A stretch of DNA of 64,000 nucleotides from a virus (IMGVR_UViG_3300033405_000002:115595-179594), one strand, 5' to 3'. Positions 9,253-14,649 are shown, counted from the stretch's first letter. The notes: generated from the letters alone by a model not told the origin. Made by a program: numbers and translations.

Positions 9253-9642
9253 ATGTTTCAAAGCGTATAGTTCACGACGGCGTGCAAGCCATTTCTCACG
9301 TTTGACCGGATCACTATACATCTTTGCAAATTTTTTCCGTGCTTGCTCGCGGCGATCTATTATTCTTGGTCTCGATCTTCTCGCACCGGAGTTGCATTTT
9401 TTGTGAGAAGCCGCGAGATTCTCCAAATCCCAATACAACGCGGTGCTAACATGCAGCCATGCTTGCTTATGATCCACCGAAAACGTAGCAAGCGTTTCAA
9501 TTCTCTTGCCACAGCGATAACAAGCGTCTTTCCCGGCGTCTTGAAGCAGCTTAAAAAGCCACATTCGAAGCAGCTTTACAGCGGCCGTCCGTCCGTGCAT
9601 ACCCAGTTGTGCGTCTTTCGTCTCTTTCGATCCCATGTACAC
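9238..9642 (-). CDS. HNH endonuclease
   Basis: CYRCG...FSVDHKQAW...DLENLAASHKKCN; stop codon lies inside tRNA-Glu. Confidence 0.8.
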   Translation of the reverse strand: MYMGSKETKDAQLGMHGRTAAVKLLRMWLFKLLQDAGKDACYRCGKRIETLATFSVDHKQAWLHVSTALYWDLENLAASHKKCNSGARRSRPRIIDRREQARKKFAKMYSDPVKREKWLARRRELYALKHGPIF

Positions 9643-9663
9643 TAATACTGGTTAGACGAAATT

Positions 9664-9727
9664 TGGTGGACCTAGAGGGAATTGAACCCCCGACGGGCAA
9701 CGTCCTAGGCCGCTAGACGAACGCGCC
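9664..9727 (-). pseudogene. Chimeric anticodon-less tRNA (Glu/Asp-type 5' half fused to Ala-type 3' half)
   Basis: GGCGCGTTCGTCTAGCGGCCTAGGACGTTGCCC joined to GTCGGGGGTTCAATTCCCTCTAGGTCCACCA; no anticodon loop, acceptor strands do not pair. Confidence 0.7.
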
Positions 9728-9732
9728 AAACT

Positions 9733-9808
9733 TGGTGGACCTTGTCGGGCTCGAACCGACCACCTCGTGCTTGCAAAGCACGCGCTCTCCCAGATGAGCT
9801 AAAGGCCC
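9733..9808 (-). tRNA. tRNA-Ala(TGC)
   Basis: CGTGC-TT-TGC-AA-GCACG; G3:U70; CCA. Confidence 0.95.
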
Positions 9809-9879
9809 GCGTGGTGCTTTCTGTGGCAGTTCGCGCACAGAAGATCAATCCATTCACACCGTACAATTGTTCCATCTAT
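9802..9879 (-). pseudogene. C-terminal remnant of an HNH endonuclease gene
   Basis: Frame reads IDGTIVRCEWIDLLCANCHRKHHAGL*, preceded by in-frame TAG and no start; LLCANCHR is the typical HNH terminal motif. Confidence 0.5.
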
Positions 9880-9881
9880 CT

Positions 9882-9890
9882 ATTATACCA
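9882..9890 (-). promoter_or_regulatory. Putative extended -10 promoter (TGGTATAAT) inside tRNA array
   Basis: Exact TGnTATAAT match in an intergenic spacer. Confidence 0.4.
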
Positions 9891-9895
9891 GAACT

Positions 9896-9970
9896 TGGAG
9901 CGGGAAACGGGATTCGAACCCGCGACAACTTGCTTGGGAAGCAAGGACTCTACCACTGAGCTATTCCCGC
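9896..9970 (-). tRNA. tRNA-Gly(CCC)
   Basis: CTTGC-TT-CCC-AA-GCAAG; CCA. Confidence 0.95.
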
Positions 9971-9976
9971 AAAACT

Positions 9977-10051
9977 TGGAGCGGACAGCGGGATTCGAAC
10001 CCGCGACCCCCGCCTTGGCAAGGCGATGTTCTACCGCTGAACTATGTCCGC
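9977..10051 (-). tRNA. tRNA-Gly(GCC)
   Basis: TCGCC-TT-GCC-AA-GGCGG; CCA. Confidence 0.95.
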
Positions 10052-10066
10052 GTTACTACTTAATAC

Positions 10067-10142
10067 TGGTGCGCCGTGCAGGATTCGAACCTGCGACTCC
10101 GACCGTGTGAAAGTCGTACTCTGGCCTCTGAGTTAACAGCGC
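10067..10142 (-). tRNA. tRNA-Val(CAC)
   Basis: CGACT-TT-CAC-AC-GGTCG; CCA. Confidence 0.92.
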
Positions 10143-10150
10143 AACAAACT

Positions 10151-10207
10151 TGGTGGACGCTATGGGATTTGGCACCCAATTAAGCCGCCTTACCACTACG
10201 GACGCCC
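10151..10207 (-). pseudogene. Degenerate tRNA-like element ending in CCA
   Basis: GGGCGT...GCGTCC-A-CCA with G3:U70, D-loop-like TAGTGGTAAGGCG, altered T arm TGGG-TGCCAAAT-CCCA, no anticodon arm. Confidence 0.55.
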
Positions 10208-10249
10208 ATCTTTACAACAAACTCAGCATAAGCGGCGATAGCTGATTCT

Positions 10250-10327
10250 TGGTAGCGTTGACGGGAGTCGAACCCGCATTGTCCTGATTGAAAGTCAGGT
10301 TTCCTAGACCATTTAGAAGACAACGCC
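10250..10327 (-). tRNA. tRNA-Glu(TTC)
   Basis: CCTGA-CT-TTC-AA-TCAGG; CCA. Confidence 0.95.
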
Positions 10328-10333
10328 ATAACT

Positions 10334-10409
10334 TGGTGCGCCGTGCTGGACTCGAACCAGCGATCTCTGCCTTGTCATGGCAGCGATTTGGCCGCTAATC
10401 TAACAGCGC
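10334..10409 (-). tRNA. tRNA-Val(GAC)
   Basis: CTGCC-AT-GAC-AA-GGCAG; CCA. Confidence 0.93.
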
Positions 10410-10419
10410 ACATCAAACT

Positions 10420-10495
10420 TGGTGGAGCCGAGGGGAGTTGAACCCCTGACCTTCGCAGTGCGAGTGCGACGTTCTCCCAACTGAACTACGACCCC
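10420..10495 (-). tRNA. tRNA-Ala(CGC)
   Basis: TCGCA-CT-CGC-AC-TGCGA; G3:U70; CCA. Confidence 0.95.
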
Positions 10496-10496
10496 A

Positions 10497-10557
10497 TACA
10501 GGGCGGACATCGAACCCGCCGCTGGTGTTGCGTGCTCCCGACATCTGAGCACCTGTA
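10497..10557 (-). ncRNA. Anticodon-less tRNA mimic (acceptor + D arm + T arm, no CCA)
   Basis: TACAG/CTGTA closing stem, GCTC-AGATGTCGG-GAGC D arm, GGCGGG-TTCGATG-TCCGCC T arm, 13 nt unpaired linker replacing the anticodon arm. Confidence 0.55.
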
Positions 10558-10561
10558 AACT

Positions 10562-10637
10562 TGGTGGACCTAGTGAGATTCGAACTCACGACCTTTTCCA
10601 TGCCATGGAAACGCGCTCCCAACTGCGCTATAGGCCC
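10562..10637 (-). tRNA. tRNA-Ala(GGC)
   Basis: TTTCC-AT-GGC-AT-GGAAA; G3:U70; CCA. Confidence 0.93.
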
Positions 10638-10650
10638 ATACTTATAAATC

Positions 10651-10727
10651 TGGTAGCGCACGTGAGATTCGAACTCACATTTCACACGCTGAGAACGTGG
10701 TTGCCTAAACCGTTAGCAGAGTGCGCC
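10651..10727 (-). tRNA. tRNA-Glu(CTC), second copy
   Basis: CCACG-TT-CTC-AG-CGTGT (27-43 mismatch); CCA. Confidence 0.85.
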
Positions 10728-10742
10728 ACTTACTTCTTAATC

Positions 10743-10819
10743 TGGAGCGGGCGGGGGGATTTGAACCCCTCATCCGAAGCTTGGAAGGCTCCTATTCTGC
10801 CAGATTGAACTACGCCCGC
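10743..10819 (-). tRNA. tRNA-Gly(TCC)
   Basis: GGAGC-CT-TCC-AA-GCTTC; CCA. Confidence 0.95.
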
Positions 10820-10828
10820 AAATTTTAG

Positions 10829-11121
10829 TATCAAGCCTGTAGCCGGGATTCTGTCGTGGACGACCATTCGTCTAGGCGCTGCATCGCTGCAACGCTCAAG
10901 CACGCTACCCGCTGATTCATAACGGATCGAGCCGATCCTGTCAGCCTATTTGCGCTTGCACCGCGTAGAGATTGCCCGTTTCACCCGCACTTAAGCGGCT
11001 CGTCTCTGTTGCTCTAATCGTCATCGGCTTTCACCGATGCGTGGGAGTTGCCCACTACGCTGCTCTACGGTGTCCCGAACTTCCTCCCCCGCTTGCGCGG
11101 CGGCGGTCGTCCAGCTTGATA
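10829..11121 (-). ncRNA. rnpB: RNase P RNA (bacterial A-type catalytic domain, P13/P14 absent)
   Basis: P1 TATCAAGCT/GGCTTGATA; P2 GGACGACC/GGTCGTCC; P4 GAGGAAGTTCGGGA with ACAGAATCCCGGCTA and bulged U; AGAGCAACAGAGA and GGGTGAAAC S-domain motifs; GCAAG...CAAATAGG, GGGTAG (L15), GCTTGAG, CTAGACGAATG conserved runs. Confidence 0.92.
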
Positions 11122-11125
11122 CATT

Positions 11126-11202
11126 TGGAGGACTGGGTGGGAGTCGAACCCACTCTCTACTCCTTTGCAGGGAGAGCCTTCCTACCGTTCAGGTTCCAAT
11201 CC
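11126..11202 (-). tRNA. tRNA-Cys(GCA)
   Basis: TCTCC-CT-GCA-AA-GGAGT; U73; CCA. Confidence 0.85.
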
Positions 11203-11289
11203 AAACTCAACGCACGACCCCTGTTACAAAAAAGCGCGGGATCGGCGAATGCTGTTGTGCGCTACGCTCATACACACAACAATCTATCT

Positions 11290-11364
11290 TGGCGGTGACG
11301 ACGAGATTTGAACTCGCATCCTGCCCCGTGACAGGGGGAAACTCTACCATTAAGCTACGTCACC
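11290..11364 (-). tRNA. tRNA-Asp(GTC)
   Basis: TCCCC-CT-GTC-AC-GGGGC; G73; CCA. Confidence 0.9.
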
Positions 11365-11370
11365 AAAACT

Positions 11371-11448
11371 TGGCGGGGTGTACGGGACTTGAACCCGTGA
11401 TCTCTTCCGTGACAGGGAAGCGTGAACTCCAGACTTCACCAACACCCC
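11371..11448 (-). tRNA. tRNA-Asp(GTC), second copy
   Basis: CTTCC-CT-GTC-AC-GGAAG; G73; CCA. Confidence 0.93.
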
Positions 11449-11451
11449 AAC

Positions 11452-11526
11452 TGGAAGCCGGGACGGGGATCGAACCCGCGAATAATGGTTTTGCAGACCA
11501 TCGCCTTACCACTTGGCTACCCGGCT
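11452..11526 (-). tRNA. tRNA-Cys(GCA), second copy
   Basis: ATGGT-CT-GCA-AA-ACCAT; U73; CCA. Confidence 0.92.
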
Positions 11527-11536
11527 TACATCGAAA

Positions 11537-11640
11537 TTTAGCCCGGATGCTCAAAGAGCCTGACGCTCTAACACCGTGCCCTATGGCTCGTAAGCCCTAT
11601 GGCATCGGCTGCTCTCGCCGTCCGGGACGGCACACCTAAA
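11537..11640 (-). ncRNA. Unassigned structured RNA candidate within tRNA array
   Basis: Closing stems TTTAG/CTAAA and CCCGGA/TCCGGG enclose three hairpins, one built from a 10 nt direct repeat (GCCCTATGGC at 11578 and 11594). Confidence 0.4.
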
Positions 11641-11641
11641 C

Positions 11642-11716
11642 TGGTGGACACAGGGAGATTCGAACTCCATCCTTCTCATTGCAAGTGAGACGCATTCCCA
11701 ATTATGCTACTGGCCC
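11642..11716 (-). tRNA. tRNA-Ala(TGC), atypical second copy
   Basis: TCTCA-CT-TGC-AA-TGAGA; acceptor stem needs a bulge or has two mismatches; CCA. Confidence 0.75.
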
Positions 11717-11718
11717 AT

Positions 11719-11797
11719 TGGTAGTCTGGGTGGGACTCGAACCCACGGTAATCGCTGTTTGTAAGACAGCGGGCATCGCCACTCGCTCCACCAGACC
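11719..11797 (-). tRNA. tRNA-Val(TAC)
   Basis: GCTGT-CT-TAC-AA-ACAGC; GGTCTGG/CCAGACT acceptor; CCA. Confidence 0.88.
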
Positions 11798-11808
11798 ACA
11801 TTTACCGC

Positions 11809-11841
11809 AAAAACAAAAAGGACGCTCGATTTGAGCGTCCT
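11809..11841 (-). terminator. Intrinsic terminator (attenuator hairpin) immediately upstream of first tRNA
   Basis: AGGACGCTC-AAATC-GAGCGTCCT 9 bp stem followed by TTTTGTTTTT. Confidence 0.85.
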
Positions 11842-11888
11842 CGTGATTCGAACTTGTCAGGTCTTAGCCGACTCGAATCTCCGAGGAC
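11837..11888 (-). promoter_or_regulatory. Antiterminator helix overlapping the terminator 5' arm
   Basis: GTCCTCG-GA-GATTCGA (11888-11873) pairs with TCGAATC-A-CGAGGAC (11851-11837), 14 bp. Confidence 0.75.
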
Positions 11889-11989
11889 ATGGTATCTCCT
11901 GCCGCCGCGCAAGCGGCGACCGTACCACGTTCACACACGACTGCTACAGTCGCGGCGGAAACATTCGTGTTGGCGTAAGTGTTGTTCAT
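11864..11989 (-). CDS. Putative attenuator leader peptide (41 aa) MNNTYANTNVSAATVAVVCERGTVAACAAAGDTMSSEIRVG
   Basis: Hand-translated ATG 11989 to TAA 11864; 23/41 codons are Ala/Val/Gly/Glu/Asp/Cys; stop lies 22 nt before the terminator. Confidence 0.75.
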   Translation of the reverse strand: MNNTYANTNVSAATVAVVCERGTVAACAAAGDTMSSEIRVG

Positions 11990-12020
11990 GACTCTAACCT
12001 GATACTCGATATTCGCAAAA

Positions 12021-12047
12021 CCTGTGCGAATTGTCAATCAAAAAGTT
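12021..12047 (-). promoter_or_regulatory. Putative promoter -35 (TTGACA) followed by a 7-7-7 inverted repeat operator
   Basis: TTGACA at 12047-12042; ATTCGCA-N7-TGCGAAT at 12021-12041; no consensus -10 at 17 bp. Confidence 0.4.
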
Positions 12048-12245
12048 GTTCCCCCTATCTAACGCGACCTTTCAGCTTCGGTGAATCTCTGCTGAAGGCG
12101 GGGGCTGCGCGACATGCTCGGGGCTATTCACACCCTTTCGTCCCTTGGGCAGATTCTCCTCTTAGGAACAAGCAGCGGTCTATCGCAGGCTTAAATCAAT
12201 CTCTCATGTATGATACTGGAAGTCAAGCAATTTCGCAAAAGTTAT

Positions 12246-12267
12246 GGCCCCGGTGATTGCCGGGGCC
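12246..12267 (-). terminator. Probable terminator after sigma factor gene
   Basis: GGCCCCGG-CAATCA-CCGGGGCC followed by ATAACTTTT. Confidence 0.55.
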
Positions 12268-12312
12268 GTTAGCCGTGGTTTCCGAGGCCGTAGCCTAGTG
12301 CGGATTTCTCAC

Positions 12313-13026
12313 CTAATCCGCTGTCACATCCAGTATACGGGACTGCTGGCAGATTTGGCTAGGAATTCTGGAATTTTTTTCCACCTGCTCTATCAACAAC
12401 TTACGCGCTCTCAGGAGCCGGGACTTTACTGCGGACAGCCGGACCTTCTTCCCGGCACTCAGGTTGAGCACTTGCCGAATATCTTCCACGGTCAAGCCTT
12501 CCCAGAAGCGAAGGTGCAGGATGTCGCGGTACGGCGCTGGCATCCGTTTGATCGCCATGTCAAGGACTTGACGATCCGCTAGTCCTTCCAGATCGAGGTC
12601 GCGGAGAGACAACCGTTCAACCAGCTTCGCCGGGACTTTATTGTGTTCAGGGCCAGTGCCATGCGTCCCTGTGGAAACCATCAGGCTGTCGAGTGAAACT
12701 TCGTTGGCGCGGCGCAGCGCGTTGCCGTGGCGTTTCTGCATCAGAGCTTCGTTGATTGCGATTCGCGTTACCCACGTGCTGAACTTGGACTTCTCATCGA
12801 AAGACGGCAGCTTTTCCCAAACCTTCGTCAGAGCGAGATTCGCTGTCCACTGTGACAGGTCTTCACATTGCAGAAATCGGTTGATGACGGCACAGACTCG
12901 CGCATAGTGGTGGTTGTAGAGCGCCGTGAACGCGGCTTCACTACCAGCCTTCGCTTGGCGCACCAGTTGAAGTTCTTCCGGGGAATCGTAAATTTTCTTC
13001 GCTCTTGCTGCGGCAACTGATGCCAT
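12313..13026 (-). CDS. ECF-type (sigma-70 family group 4) RNA polymerase sigma factor
   Basis: Region 2 AKAGSEAAFTALY...KVWEKLPSFDEKSKFSTWVTRIAINEAL; region 4 ILHLRFWEGLTVEDI...VKSRLLRARK; AGGAG upstream of ATG 13026. Confidence 0.9.
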   Translation of the reverse strand: MASVAAARAKKIYDSPEELQLVRQAKAGSEAAFTALYNHHYARVCAVINRFLQCEDLSQWTANLALTKVWEKLPSFDEKSKFSTWVTRIAINEALMQKRHGNALRRANEVSLDSLMVSTGTHGTGPEHNKVPAKLVERLSLRDLDLEGLADRQVLDMAIKRMPAPYRDILHLRFWEGLTVEDIRQVLNLSAGKKVRLSAVKSRLLRARKLLIEQVEKNSRIPSQICQQSRILDVTAD

Positions 13027-13076
13027 TCGGTCGTCTCCTATCAAGAACCAGTATACAAAGCCAGATGAATTTTTGG

Positions 13077-13367
13077 CTACTTCTGCGCTTCCGGGATGTC
13101 GTTCATGTCCACTTCACACCAATAGCCGCCGCTTCCCGCCCAGATCACTTTTGGGTTCCAGCCTGTCGTTGTCCGACCGTGGCGCTCCATGTATGCGATC
13201 TCGGCGGCGTCCGGCACGTATCCGTTCAGCACATGATGCACCTGAATTGTAAACGTGCGTCCGGCTGGTTTCGTTTCGCCCCGGCTGCGCACCATGACGC
13301 CTTTCTTGATCGTCACTTTGTCACCGGATTGAATCGGTAGCTTCTCGCAGTATCCTGTCAGCTTCAT
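13077..13367 (-). CDS. Hypothetical protein (96 aa)
   Basis: AAGGA RBS, tiles operon. Confidence 0.7.
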   Translation of the reverse strand: MKLTGYCEKLPIQSGDKVTIKKGVMVRSRGETKPAGRTFTIQVHHVLNGYVPDAAEIAYMERHGRTTTGWNPKVIWAGSGGYWCEVDMNDIPEAQK

Positions 13368-13375
13368 GCGGTTCC

Positions 13376-14326
13376 TTACGCGGACGCCTTGCTGCCATAC
13401 TTGAGCGGTCGGAGCGTCCAGCCTGTGATCTTGGCGTTATTGACGGCGATGTCCTGCTTCACCATATCCAGTTTATACTCAAGACGGGACTTGCGGTGGG
13501 CAATCTCCTGATTGAATTCATACTCGTTGGCTTCTTTCGTGTAGGTCACCGAGACGGTAACGCGTTTGCCGCCTTCCCACTTGTCCCGCTGCACGTCTAC
13601 GCTAACCAGCTTCGGCAGCGTCTTGATCGCGGTGACGATTCCTTTGCGGTGGTTCTCAAGCACCGGAGCGAAGGCAATGTTGGCTTCGTTCGATAGCTCG
13701 TAAGGCTTGTACGCCACACCAAAGCATTTTCCCATCCGGTAACCAGCGTGATTGTACTCGCTCATTTGGTAACCGTGCATCACTATGCTTTGGGAGCCGT
13801 CGAGCTTCTGACGATTGGCACAGATAGCGCACTCGCCAGTGTTGAAATTTTCTTCGGTGATCTGCGCTTCGGTCTTGTTCTGGTTAGGCTTGCGTCCCTT
13901 CTTGATGATCGGCTTGAACGTCTTCAAGAACTGGAACCACTCGTTGATCTGTTCCAGAGTGACGATATAGTCCATGAGTTCAAACGAGATGTCAGCCAGA
14001 TCGAGTTTGCGGAGTCTACGCGCCAGTTTCGCTGCTTGGTTCATGCCGAAGGCATAGCCGATGTCATGCCGGGGATCGGACGAAGGCAGCGCACGAGTCT
14101 CATCAGTCCGCGCCTTGTCAGCGGCGATGTGCTGCGCATGTTCGCAGCCGGACGAGATGTACGATTTGGCGTTCTGAAATTCTTGGTTGTAGATTTCACC
14201 AACCAGTTTCGCGGCCTCAAGAGTTGCTACGGCGGCGGCGAAGCGGTCACCCTGCGCGAAGGCGGAACGAATGTAAGGGGTTGAGAACGTCGCGGTGATT
14301 AAGTCTGTGGCAGGTGTTGTCATCAC
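13376..14326 (-). CDS. Hypothetical protein with CxxC...HGY...C motif (316 aa)
   Basis: Long ORF preceded by TATACT -10 and AGGTG; GECAICAN...MHGY...GKCFG. Confidence 0.8.
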   Translation of the reverse strand: MMTTPATDLITATFSTPYIRSAFAQGDRFAAAVATLEAAKLVGEIYNQEFQNAKSYISSGCEHAQHIAADKARTDETRALPSSDPRHDIGYAFGMNQAAKLARRLRKLDLADISFELMDYIVTLEQINEWFQFLKTFKPIIKKGRKPNQNKTEAQITEENFNTGECAICANRQKLDGSQSIVMHGYQMSEYNHAGYRMGKCFGVAYKPYELSNEANIAFAPVLENHRKGIVTAIKTLPKLVSVDVQRDKWEGGKRVTVSVTYTKEANEYEFNQEIAHRKSRLEYKLDMVKQDIAVNNAKITGWTLRPLKYGSKASA

Positions 14327-14380
14327 ACCTAGTATACGTGAAGCTAGGCGGATTCGTCTGGAAATATCTGCTTTGTTTTG

Positions 14381-14623
14381 TTAGGTTTGCGGGTTCTCTT
14401 CAGGCAAGTCTATGATTTCAAAGCCGGATTCTTCGTCTTCTTCAGCCAGCCGGAGCAGGATGTAATCCTTGGAGATGTTACGAACGTTCACCGCAACGCC
14501 CTCCAACATCTCAAAATCGGCGCGGCTGATGACCTGTTCACCGTCAAGCTTGTTGAGAAGCACCGCGAGCAATCGCAAAAGCGTTTCGATCTTGGCTTCG
14601 GAGGGAGTAACAATCTCTTCCAT
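14381..14623 (-). CDS. Hypothetical protein (80 aa)
   Basis: AGGAG RBS. Confidence 0.7.
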   Translation of the reverse strand: MEEIVTPSEAKIETLLRLLAVLLNKLDGEQVISRADFEMLEGVAVNVRNISKDYILLRLAEEDEESGFEIIDLPEENPQT

Positions 14624-14649
14624 GGAAAGTCTCCTCGAAAAAGAATCAG

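Noticed and set aside
10151-10249. tmRNA (Ala-type CCA end)
   Set aside because: Under 100 nt available, no tag reading frame or pseudoknots, no matching 5' piece found
8981-11639. ORF-track ORFs 8981..9238, 9742..10110, 10413..10685, 10605..10808, 10972..11298, 11037..11639, 11360..11554
   Set aside because: They overlap tRNA or RNase P genes; only a short ORF from 9172 might be real and cannot be supported
11537-11640. SRP RNA, twister or hammerhead ribozyme
   Set aside because: GTCAGG and AGCAGCC are in the wrong order for SRP helix 8; catalytic cores of the ribozymes are incomplete
9660-11800. Regularly spaced repeats (tggtgg...ttcgaac) resembling a CRISPR array
   Set aside because: They are the conserved CCA ends and T loops of tandem tRNA genes
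12045-12110. T-box riboswitch resemblance (AGAGA, GCTGAA, TAGGGGGAAC)
   Set aside because: The UGGN-ACC bulge needed to pair with tRNA NCCA is absent and the GCTGAA is paired in a simple hairpin
12268-12312. Cobalamin or c-di-AMP riboswitch-like words (GGTGAGAAATCC, GGCTAAC)
   Set aside because: Only isolated words, located 3' of a gene, with no room for the full aptamer
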